From Sphaerodactylus townsendi (Eukaryota), in contig NC_059425.1 of the NCBI RefSeq assembly GCF_021028975.2, positions 123,256,001-123,320,000 of the forward strand: 64,000 bases of DNA, given 5' to 3'. Both the position numbers and the translations under genes were made by a program. The notes below the pieces were generated by a model. The model was not told the origin of the DNA, made no database searches, and worked only from the letters and a program-made list of their open reading frames with translations. Positions 12,600 through 23,860 of this stretch are shown piece by piece (the stretch's first letter is position 1; every line of letters starts with the position of its first letter).

Positions 12600-13635
12600 A
12601 CACGAAATACCACTGACTGACTCATCAACAGTACTCAAAAACCACCAAAGCCACACACATGAATTTTGGCACACCTGTTCCTTACATATTCCAGGTGCTC
12701 ACTAAGAAAGGATTTCCCAAAATATTCACTTCCACTCGAGTTATTACACATTTACTGTTTTCACTGCTCATCTCTGGCCATCTGCGTGAACATTCTAAGG
12801 GCAAACGAACTGCTCAGTCCACAGACATGCTGCACAAACATTCTAAGGGTGACAGTTCAACACTACCAGCTTCATGTCCTTCACCAACTGCACTCTACCA
12901 CCGCCCTCCACAACGCATGTGAACCTATTTGAAAACAAACCCATCAGTCCACAGACGGGCTGTGAGGAAATATGCTTCATGTCACCCCAAAGTTCAGAAA
13001 CAGACTACAAAAAAGTATTCTGAATGTCACCCCGAAGTTAACAGACAGGCTGTGAAAAAGTACTCCTCCACCCACCCTCACGTTAACAACGCCGCTGCAG
13101 CCAAATACTATCAAAATAGATTACAAACCACACTATCACCTTGGACTACTAAACATTTGTCAGTTTTGCATATGGACATTAGATTGCTTACTGTGGAGAC
13201 AAGTTTATTGCTCATGGCCTCCAATCACCCTGTGCTTGGTGTCGTGCTCTAAAGTGGCGGGATGAGTCCCCAGGGATGGTGGTACAGTCCAGCTCCCCGC
13301 CTTCAACCCTACCCTGAACCTCTTCACAGCCTTCTCACTCATCAGCATCCAGTGGCAGAACACTTCCTTTCTGTGTCCCAAAAATACAACTACTGCTTCA
13401 AATGATGTCTTTTAGAGGCCACCAGGTGAAAGTGAGCAATAATACATTGCATTAAAAAAAGACAACTACAGGAAGCTGCTGCAACATATGCGAAAACAAA
13501 CCCATCAGTCCACAGACAGGCTGTGAGGAAATATGCTGCATGTCACCCCAAAGTTCACAAACAGGCTGTAAAGAAGTATGCTGAATGTCCCCCTGAAATT
13601 CATAGAGAGCCTGTGATGAAGTATGCGTAGTGAAG
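12600..13635 (+). mobile_element. Degenerate Helitron fragment (N-terminal part of Rep-Hel)
   Basis: Frameshifted translation of ~13228-13430 reads CAWCRALKWRDESPGM..GTVQLPAF.PYPEPLHSLLTHQHPVAEHFLSVSQKYNYCF.MMSF, matching the Helitron CxxCxA..E...CC..G.V.LP..PEPL..LL....HFL..IR.YN..F.MTSF motif. It is preceded by 45-bp/15-aa repeats. The 5' boundary is approximate and the 3' end runs into a gap. Confidence 0.75.
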
Positions 13636-13774
13636 NNNNNNNNNNNNNNNNNNNNNNNNNNNNNNNNNNNNNNNNNNNNNNNNNNNNNNNNNNNNNNNNN
13701 NNNNNNNNNNNNNNNNNNNNNNNNNNNNNNNNNNNNNNNNNNNNNNNNNNNNNNNNNNNNNNNNNNNNNNNNNN
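13636..13774. other. Assembly gap (139 N)
   Basis: Run of N. Confidence 1.
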
Positions 13775-14162
13775 ATAGTGGAAGACCTGGCAACCCTATA
13801 CTCACATAGGGAAAGGGGCCCTGGTCAGTGAAATATTCCATTATTTTGTATTCCATTAAAATTGAGTTAAAATCCATCTAAATCTCTAAACAGGTAAAAA
13901 ATGTAAAATATGAAAATCAGTAGTTTAGTAGCAGAGCTCATGCTGTGTATATGATATTTCAATCCACAGCATCTCAGTAAAAGGATCTTCAGTATGAGGC
14001 TTAAGGGACAAACTACATAATGTGATTTTTTTAATGCTTTAGGACCAGGTACTTATGCCCACTGAGCTCCAAAGTGGGACAACTAACTCCTTCCATGGTC
14101 ATTTTGCCCTGGGAAAAGGGTACATGGCAAACATAAAGCTCTTCCTCCTGTGCCATTGGTCC

Positions 14163-14254
14163 AAGACATATCTGCCCCCTGCCAGACTTTTAAAAGACAT
14201 ATCTGCCCCCTGCCAGACTTTTAAAAGACATATCTGCCCCCTGCCAGACTTTTA
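14163..14254. repeat. Perfect 31-bp tandem repeat x3
   Basis: aagacatatctgccccctgccagacttttaa starting at 14163, 14194 and 14225. Confidence 0.95.
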
Positions 14255-15154
14255 CCTCAACCACTGTCTGGCTATAGAGAACCGAGTCAGGTCTGGAAAC
14301 TCTCTCAGTGCTGTGAAGCCCAGATCTGACTCATTAAAAGTGAATTGTGTAGCTCAGCCATAAGAAAAATATCTGATATTTTGGAAAGGTCTGAAAGTAA
14401 GAATAGACAGTCTTGTTTTCTACATGGGAATGGACTTCTGTGGTTTCTGCATAACAAGTTTTCCCACATCTTCCCCTTTCTACTCCCTTGGCAGCAGCCC
14501 TCTTCCCACTAGTGACTAGTGAAAAGGTATATTTTTATAAGTAAAGAATCTAGAGATTTTCTTTTTCTTACAAAAGGAAAGCTGAGAATTCAAAGAACTT
14601 ATGTGAGTGTAGAATTAAAATTTCTGCTCTTAATCTACAATTTCTGGTGGCAAGGAAAGAAAAGGCCAGTACAGGAGGACGGAGAAGGGAAAATTGTGTT
14701 GCTGATGCTAGTGGATTCAGGAAGATCCAATTATTTTATAAACCCTTGGTTCCTGCCCTAGCTTTCCCACGATAGTCCTGTCAAAATATGCACAACTTTC
14801 TTTCCACATGAATGCTACCCCAACTTTGCTGTGATTCTGAAAACATTTCACAAAAATAGGTTTAGGAAAGATCACAAAAAATATGGGGGAAATTTGGGAG
14901 GTGCCTGATGATGTTGTGGTGAAGCAGCGGGAAAAAGTGCTTCCTGAAAGCATCCAAGCAAGAGCAAATTGCCCATGTGTAAGTTACTAATGTTCAATTT
15001 TAGAATGATCTGAATCTATATATGGAAGCTACATTTATTTTACCACTTTTCTTCCAATTTCCAGTTTAATTATTCACCAAAAGGCTGACAAAAAAAATCT
15101 TACTTACATTATTGCCATTGAAAAATGTAAAACACTTCTACGTTAACATTTTAA

Positions 15155-16318
15155 CATGACTGTTGGTCCCATTTGGAAAAGTGGGCAGCTGCCCAGGGCA
15201 CCACCTTGTGGTGGGCAACAAAAATGCAGGTTCGTTTGTGGGGGATTTTGTATTTTCAGTGTTTTTTCTGTTTTTGGCCTGCAGGGGATGCAGATTTTAG
15301 GCTAGCAGCACCAAAATTTCAGGGTTTTTTTTGGAAGACTCTCCTGATGATATGACCCAGGTTTTGTGAGGTTTGGTTTTCAAAGTTATGGACTCCCAAA
15401 GGAAGTGCCCCCATCCCCCATTGTTTCCAATGGGAGCTAACAGGAGATAGGGCTACACCTTTGAGGGTCCATAACTTTGGACCCCCTGAACCAAACTTCA
15501 CTAAACCTGGGTGGTATCATCAGTAGGGTCTCATGAAGATACTCTGAAATTTTGGTGCTGATATCTTAATAATTGCACCCCTGACAACAGACACCCCCTA
15601 AATTTCACCTTATTCTCTTTTTAAATCCACTCCCTTCCTGCCAATGCTTGTTTTCTTTCTTTCTTTTATTCTCTCAATTCCTAATAAAGGTTATTATTAC
15701 TATTATTTTTATTAAATCCACCCCCCTTCAGCATGGATTTAAAGGGAGAATCTGAGGTCCCCACTTTTCAGGGTGGGGGAGAATCCTCCCCAAAATAGCA
15801 TCACTGTCAATGTTGTTTAAACTGGGGACCCCAGATTCTCCCTTTAAGGTGGATTTAAAAGGAGAATCTGGGCTCCCTAGTTTAAACACAATTGAAAATG
15901 ATGCTGTTTGGGGGTGGATTCCAGCATCACTTGTTTAAACTAGGGAGCCCAGATTCTCCTTTTAAATCCACCTTAAAGGGAGAATCTGGGGTCCCCAGTT
16001 TAAATAACATTGAAAGTGATGCTGTTTTCCCCAATTGGGGGGACTGGATACAACATCATAAAATGTTTTCATAGCAGTAATAAAACATTTTGAAAGCATT
16101 TGGAAAATGTTTTCCAAAAATTATTTCTGCTGTGTGGCATGGCCCATTGCTGTGTTCAGATTTGTGAATTGGGGCATGTTCTATAGAGTGATGGTGACTT
16201 TGAAACAATCTGGTGGGAAAAATCATTGTTTGGTCATGGTGGGGGAGGGTGGCCGCCCATGGGAGGGCATCAAACTCAGGTTTTTCCCAGGGCTCCAGTT
16301 TGCCTAGGTACGCCTCTG
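15155..16318 (+). mobile_element. Non-autonomous DNA transposon (hAT-like, ends ...gcctctg) with internal palindrome
   Basis: Its 5' part is the reverse complement of 30325-30651. The 3' end is taggtacgcctctg. Internal 72-bp perfect inverted repeat. Confidence 0.7.
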
Positions 16319-17028
16319 GTGTCGGTCCCTGTTCTTCCTTCTCCCTCCCAACATTCCCAATGTGCCATAATAAACATTTGGGTACAATTGGAAGATTTTG
16401 TAGAATCTCTAATGCTTAAATTTATCCATGTACCATTTCAACATCAAATTGTATTCAAACACCATTTTAGAAATCTATGCAATGACCCCAGCTATAAAAT
16501 AAATGCTATAAAATACCTGCAAAAATGCAATGCAACAATTTTTCAGTTTAAACACCTTAAGAAGTTTATGGACAATAACATGCATAATGGAGCTCTGGAG
16601 GCATATCTAGGGAAAATGTAGCCCGGTGTAAAGTCTGAATTTTCCGCCCCACCCCCACCCCCTGCATGGGTGGCCGCCCTCCCCCACTACGACCAAACTT
16701 TTTTTGCACCAGGTCATGAAGTCAGTGTTTGGACCTGGGGAAAAGGAGGAGGGATAGGGGTGTGTTTTCTGTCCCCACATGACTAAATGGCTGCAGCCCG
16801 GGGACATTTGACCCCATATGTCCTCCTGGTCAATACGTGCCTGTGGAGCTCTATCCATTTTAGTGTTGTGTTGCCTCTTATCCACATGTTTGAAGTTCTC
16901 AGTTCCCCTCTTAAGCTATTCTGCATTTCACTATTTTATGCTGCTATCTTAAGCAGATTAGCATTCTTCTCTGAGTGCTTACAAGGACATAACTCTGCTC
17001 AGGAGGGTGTGAGTAGTGCATCTGGCAT

Positions 17029-17029
<1 letters not shown>

Positions 17030-17081
<52 letters not shown>
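17030..17081. repeat. (CT)n microsatellite
   Basis: Directly visible. Confidence 0.97.
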
Positions 17082-17084
<3 letters not shown>

Positions 17085-18171
17085 TTTCGATGTCTGTGGA
17101 TTTAAGACATCTCCTGTAAAGCTTTTTTGGGAGATCTCAAGTTAAGATCAGCATTTGATTCCTTCAAGCCATATGTATCTCTACTGACCTATACCGTCCA
17201 TACTGTCCACAGAGTGGAGCAGGAGAAATTGTAGGGTTAGCATATGTGGTGAAGTCAGCATAGCAGAAATCCACTAAAGAATCCACTTAATGTTAGTACT
17301 CCCTTACCAAAATCCCAAATTCAGAGTCTCTTCTGCAGACTGCCTTTGCTTCTGAATCAGCTGTTTAAAAAGAATGTAAGCGCAACAAAAGGAGTGAAAA
17401 CTAGGACATTGTACTTGCAAATGTGTTCTGAACTCACCAACCTCCCTTTCTGTGTGCATTCATGTTCCCATGTGTACATACAAGTTTAAAAAGCAGCTTC
17501 CATTTAATCTAATATTGTACATAGAAAGTAGAAATAAGCAAAGTGTAGGAGGGGAATAAGTACAGAGATAACAACAGAGATTTATAATTCTAGAGAGACT
17601 AAGAGTAAAAACATAAATGCACTTTCATCCCAGTGTACTTTATTGCTTTGATTTAATACTGAAGGGGGCTGATGTGACCTTAAATCATTTCAGACTTGAT
17701 GCCATTAAAAAGTCACATGGCCAGCGTTCATCATTGTGCAATTTCAGCAGCTCTCCAAATAGGCCTTCTTTTGGAATGCTTCGCTTCATGAAAACAAGCG
17801 ATTAGGAGGATACTGAAGAGAAAAGCACATTTGTGCTTCAGACGGAGTCAGGGCTGTCTTTCATATAACATTTTTTTCCTACTCAGAACTCATCTGAGGG
17901 CCAAATTAGGGAAGAGATCCATATTCTGAAATCTATAAATATATTTCCAATTTATTTTTATTGGTAAATAGTAGCTGTATGTTTGGGAAAGAGATATTAT
18001 TATTCTTCATATTGACTCCCATGTTTCTTATTTTTTCCTTGCTTTGATTTTTTCTTCATGTTAGCATGTGTATGTAGCTTGTGTGTGTACCTTATCCAGC
18101 TTTAAACAATGGGAGATACAGCAAATCACAGCAAGTTAATCAGGATTTATTGAATGCTTTTGTGCCATTAG

Positions 18172-18317
18172 CCTCAAGTCCTTCACCAGAAAGACAAGAT
18201 GCAGTTCGGCCCTTGAGCAAAAACCCTTTAACGTGGACCATTGATGATGTGGTATGGTTTGTGAAGGATGCTGACCCTCATGCTCTAGGACCTCATGTGG
18301 AGCTTTTCAGAAAACAT
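18172..18317 (+). CDS. SCML4: SCML4 penultimate coding exon (N-terminal half of the SAM domain)
   Basis: Acceptor ttag|CC, phase 1, completes GCC=Ala with the G of the previous exon. Donor CAT|gtatgt. Translates as ASSPSPERQDAVRPLSKNPLTWTIDDVVWFVKDADPHALGPHVELFRKH. An in-frame alternative acceptor exists at 18100. Confidence 0.93.
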
Positions 18318-20477
18318 GTATGTATGACGTTGTTCATGATGGATTGAAACTATCTATACCTAATCCTCAAGTTTATAAACCAGCCCTGCACAACATCTGA
18401 CCAAACTGATGAAGCATATGAATCTCAGTATGGAGGTCTAGTGCAGCTTTTAAATGTTAGTCATCCCCACAGTCCTTGGTTGTTAGAGTGCATTTGGTTT
18501 GCTTGGTCACAAATTGTGCATGTCCATGTCCACCATTATGTCTCTGAGGTGTCCCAACACTGGTGTTCTTGCTTCTGTGAATGCGTGTCAACATTGTTTT
18601 GAAAATTGTCTTTAGTCAATGCACATTTGTTCACTTTTTTCTGATTATTGGCTGTTATTGCATAATTTTAAACATGTCAATTGTAAGGATGGTGTTAAAT
18701 TCTACTATTGATATAATTACTACTCTTTCAGCATGTTCATATACAAAATATCCCAATTTTCTCTTTGTCGTTTCCCTTTTGCTAATAATATTAAGAACAT
18801 AGAAGGACTGATTCTTCAGCCTTTGGCTAGAGGGACTTCTCTTCACATGCTTATTAAGAGCTGTGGTTAGAAATCAGCTATCTCATTCCAGCTTTCCAAA
18901 GGGATTTCCTGATTTTCAGAATTTGAACTATCAGTGCTCTTTATGTTAGCTTTATCATCCCTGTGTCAGGTCCCTAGCTAAACAAATCTTCGGTTCATGG
19001 GTGTATCTACAGAAAATGGCACCTGGGCAAGCAGTGAAATTGCACCTCCCCCACTCCAACACCCATCTTTTAGATAACTGATTCTTCTTCCTATATTTAC
19101 TAACATATGTGGCTTTTCTTTGCATTGATCTCACAATACCCAGCATAGAATTTTTGGTGATCAAAAAGAGTCACCTTCTCTATTGAAAAGAGGAAAAACT
19201 GATAGGATGCAGCCCTTATTTAAACATAACTTAGGAAATGGTTAGGAGCCAAGAGTTAATCAGCTACAGCCAGTAGCCGGTGACTGTCTAGAGACTGAGA
19301 ACCCTATCAACTACACTTTCAGGAAAATGTTTGTTTTTTCTATACATAACTGACAATGATGTAGTTGATTTTATAGGGCCACAGCTCAAATGGTCCTGAT
19401 CTCAAGTTGTAATCAAACTCACCTCTTGACTAGAAGGAATTTTGTATTAGAGACAGTAAAAAAGTTTCTTATTGGTTAATAACTTACAGCTAGAGGTTGG
19501 CTGAATAGAGGGGGAAAGGAACCTATGAACAGTTTTTAGAGATACTGATACAAATTGAAAAAGACCAGCATCATACAAAACTTCAGGCTTTCAATTTTAA
19601 AAAGCCATTATTAATTTTATTTGCTTCTAGACACAGAGTGGTGTGTCTGCCTCTGCTAATATCCTTTCTGCTGAAAAGCGGAGTAGTGAAAACTACTTCA
19701 ATTTTCACTACTCCCATCACTGTACTTTATTTAACTGTTCTTTATTCATGCCATTCAACCACTTGGAGTTCCTAGGGTAGATCTACTGGTTCTCGGCACC
19801 CCTTAGCCCCTTTTCTGGCTAGTGCTGTTAGGTGATTTGGAAGTTTGTTACTGTGGACGGGGGGAGGGAGTGGCTCTGTGAACTTTCACTCTTTGAAAGA
19901 GAGAGGGCCTACCACCTTTCCTAGAAAACTGAAAGGACCCAATTTTCCAAAAGCAAAACAAGACATATTGGCTGAAGATTCAAGAAGAAAAGTTGAATGC
20001 ATTGGATATTTGTTGTATAGAAAGATTTTTAACAGTCAACAGGACATATTTTGAGATTAGAAAAGGATGGGGGAAAATATTTAAGAAACTGTTCTTGTTG
20101 ATGAAAATACACTTGATTTATAGAGAAACCTGTACTTTACAAGAAATATCAGTTTTCTGTGCCAAATAATAGGATTATAAAATATATTTAGATCTTTAAG
20201 ACAAACTCCTTTCTACACAAAAGGGAAAGAGGGTTAAGATTTCCTCTCTTTTAAAATTTTTAGACATTTGTAATCATTGCGTGTTGTATATGCGTATACA
20301 AATGGAGTAGTGCAGGAAGGTGGGAGGTGAAGAAAAGATTCTTGTACAAAGAAAATCTGCGGGAGAGGAGCTTTCATCAGATAAGTGTCTTTGAATGGGG
20401 AGAGATGAGGGTGCGGTCCCTGCACCCTTCAGGAGTGGAGGGCACAAGACAGGGAAAGGATTTCGCCCTCACTCATA

Positions 20478-21219
20478 GGCTGTTTTTGCACTGCACAATT
20501 ACACCAGGGTTGAACTGGGATCATATATACCTGGACTTTTTAAAATCCCGGTTTCTCCCTTTGCACAGCTCTCCACTTCTGTCCAGGAGCAGAATTAGGA
20601 CCAGGAGAAATGCTCCAGTTTGCTCTGCATGAGCCGGGCTTCTGTATTTACTTCGGAAGCATGTCTGAGCATGCCCAGTGTTCTGCGTTCTGATTTTTTG
20701 AGTGGCAGTTTGAATGAACGTCAGGCGGGGGGCAGGAAAAATAAACTTGGTCTGCTTCCGATTAGTTTTTCTGTTTATGTGCTGTGGGAATGGAAGAAAT
20801 TGATGTGTGTTTTTAATGGTTTAAAGTAAGATTTTGCTGTCAGAGGGAGAAAACTAGTGAATACGTCTGCTGATTGATTTAAAATAAAGCTTGTACTGAG
20901 GAAAATATGCCAATTGTTCTGATTGGCTGTTGTTTTTGAGTGGCAGCTTGAATGAACGTCAGGCAGGGAGATCAGGCAGCTGGGCAGGAAAAATAAACTG
21001 ATCCTGCTCCTGTTTGGTTTTTGCACAGTACAGGCACAAGCAGGGTCACACCGGGATTTTTTAAAAGAACCTCCAAACTAGTGATTTTTGAAAATCCCAG
21101 GCTAAGGTAAATATCATGGGGCAGACCCTGAGCAGCTTTGGGAACTGTGCAGAATTCCCGGCTGCACAGGGATATTTTCCATGCTTACCCCAGGATATTT
21201 TGACCATGCAAAAATAGCC
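20478..21219. mobile_element. Harbinger-like MITE
   Basis: TIRs ggctgtttttgca / tgcaaaaatagcc. Internal duplicated unit (ttttgagtggcag.ttgaatgaacgtcaggc...caggaaaaataaact) near 20695 and 20934. Confidence 0.6.
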
Positions 21220-23211
21220 ATGGAGGGAAAGACAGGAAAGACTTTACCTCAGGAGAGGAACAGTCCCTGTGGGAGAGACGGGAGATGGGAGCCAGTTCCT
21301 CAAGGGAGGAAGATCACAATAATTGCTTAATGGGTAAAGAGCCGAGAGGGGTGGTATTGAGCCTGGCTCCTGAAGAGAAGAAGGAAGGGGAGATGGTGCC
21401 TGCGGCTTGCAGGGATCCTGCCTTTACTCCCATTGCCAAAGTTCCTCCACCACGGATTGTTTTTGTTGCCGCGTTTGCTTTTTCTCTGCATTTGTTTCTC
21501 GTCCCCTTCCTCCTTCTTTTCCTCCTCCTCCTTGGAAACCCCCACCACCTCCCCCCTCATATGTTAGACTGTCTCCTCCTAGTCAGGAGAATCAGAGGCT
21601 CCCAAAAAAAGCCATGGGCAGATCAAACACTTGATGGTCAGCCAGCAGGGCATGTGTGTCTTTCCCACACTCCCAAAGACTTCCTGGTGCGTCAATTCCA
21701 GGGAGAGGCAGCTGGCCAGTGGTGGCTGCAACAGCCTGAGTGGAGACTGGCCATGGGATGCATGGGAGGCATGGCAGCTGGCATTGGCAGCAAGGCTTTG
21801 CTGCTGTCTGGAGGTGTCCCAGGTGCCTAGCTCCTGCAACTTCCCACCTTTGCCTGAACTGGCTGCAACCTGTAACCAGCTCCTGCAACTTCCCACCTTT
21901 GCCTGAACTGGCTGCAACCCATCACCCCTTCACTTGCCTGCCATTCTGCATGGAGGGCTGGCCGAACAGTTCAGGGAACAGTGCTGGGCTACCTAAGCCA
22001 GAAGACTTGATCCCCCACGGGTCCTGCAGCACATCTTCTCAGAGGGCAGGCTGGCATTAGACTTGGGCTGGTCATCTTGCAAAGGGGCAGCCCACCCACT
22101 CACTTGGGGATGCTTTGTTGCTTCTACCCTCCAGCATGGGGTGAGTGGCAGCCAATCGGCAGCTGGCCCAACTCTTCTCTGGGGGAGGAATGGGTGGGTG
22201 GCTGAATGTGTCCCCATGTGACCCATGCAATTCATGCCTAGGGCTCCCACTCCTTCCCACCCCAATTACATGTCTTCTTCTATTTATCTGAAATTCTGCA
22301 TACCCAAGTGTTTCCAATTGCCTTTCAAGTGCTTTCTCAAGACTGTTCCATTGCAGATATTGTCCCTATTGGAATTTAGCTCAAGTGGAAAATGAATTCC
22401 AGCAAACATCTATTTTTTGCCAGCTGCTGCTCCAAGAACTCAATGTTTTAATCCTGTGTTTTAGCCATTACAGGAACAGGTAGTGTCTCTAGGAAAGCAC
22501 AGCACCTTTATGTTGTTCTGTACATTAGCACAGTAATTAATGTTAGTGGCATGGATTAAGAGTTACATGGTCCACATTTTGCGTATGGAACATTCCATAT
22601 TTAATGTTCATATTTTGTCAGTTTCATAGGGGAACATGCAAGTTGTCTGAAGCTTGATTAATTCTGCTCAACTGTGCTTTTGAATTACTCATTTCCATGC
22701 AATCTTTCAACTTTCATCTCTAAACTAGATTAGCACGAAGACCCCAGAGGTGAGAGAGAAGTGATTACTCCATTAACCTTAGCCATGTCTTCCTTCCAGT
22801 TAAATCATTCTAAGGAGCAGGTGCATAATTTAGTTTGCAGCCCTGAATGCCATTGACATTCCAAACAAGCACCTGAAATTATTGCTATCTGCAGTCTGCT
22901 AATTTGGCCATGACAGTCCAGTACTAACAAGGAGGAAACTCAGTTGATGACTTGTAGTTGAATGTCCCAAGGCACATGTCAAAGAGAAAGAAACACCCCT
23001 GTTTCTGTCCATAGGGGTGCGTCTGAAGAACTAGTGGTATAGATACAAAGGAAGGCAACCTAAATCTAGGTTGCTAACTGTCTGGAGAAACAAAAAGAGA
23101 TTTCATAGGATGTTAATTACCTGGTAATATTATTTATCTTCATGCCTTGAAAAGCTTCAGCTGCCCATTTCCACACATTAAGATTTTACTACAGGGCAGG
23201 ATGAGAAGGAA

Positions 23212-23366
23212 GGCAGCATAGTACAATCCAATCTCATCAAATCTCAGAAGCTAAGCAGAGCCCATACTGGATGGGAGGCCATCAAGGAAGACTGCAGAGG
23301 AAGACAGTGGCAAACCAGCTCTGTTTCACACTTGCCTTGATAGCCCCTTGCTAGCATTGCTATAAG
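23212..23366 (+). mobile_element. 5S-headed Sauria-type SINE, interrupted by a Tc2-like MITE
   Basis: 5S-like head atctcagaagctaagcag..tactggatgggag, then a Bov-B/Sauria-like tail gtggcaaacca..ttgccttga..ataag. The tail appears to resume after 23862 (tgtgatttgatagcac). Confidence 0.6.
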
Positions 23367-23368
23367 TA

Positions 23369-23860
23369 CCGTATATACTCGCGTATAAGCCGAGTTTTTC
23401 AGCCCTGTTTTAAGACTGAAAAATGCCCCCTTGGCTTATACATGAGTCACTGCTTACCAGCCGGCTCTTCAGGCCTCTGCCAAGGCTGGGGGCGTGGCCG
23501 GGACGACCTCCTTGCAGCTGCATAAGCCGCTTGTTGCTGCCCTCCTCAGAGGGTGAAGGGGAACCCTGGCTGGGCTTCCTCAAACCCTGGGAGGCTCCTT
23601 ATTTGGACAGTGACTCCTCCTGATGTCATTGCCCAAATAAGGAGCTCCCTCCACCTCCAGGTTGCCTGGGCTTCCTCAAACCCAGCCGGGAGGTGGAGGG
23701 AGCTCCTTATTTGGGCAATGACATCAGGGGGAGTCACTGTCCAAATAAGGAGCTCCCTCTGCCTCCCGCTTCCCACCTTCAGCTTATACGCGAGTCAATA
23801 CGTTTTCCCATGTTTTGGTAGTAAAATTAGGTACCTTGGCTTATACACGAGTTTATACAG
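23369..23860. mobile_element. Tc1/mariner (Tc2-like) MITE, 492 bp
   Basis: TA TSD at 23367-68 and 23861-62. TIRs CCGTATATACTCGCGTATAAGCC / GGCTTATACACGAGTTTATACAG. Confidence 0.88.

Noticed and set aside
12380-12674. Poly-His/Arg and poly-Asp ORFs
   Set aside because: They are translations of the (TCG)n(TCA)n microsatellite.
14163-14254. CRISPR-like 31-bp repeats
   Set aside because: No spacers, and the context is eukaryotic. This is a simple tandem repeat.
18064-18065. AG directly after the long pyrimidine tract as the SCML4 acceptor
   Set aside because: Out of frame with the SAM exon, given the phase-1 upstream donor.
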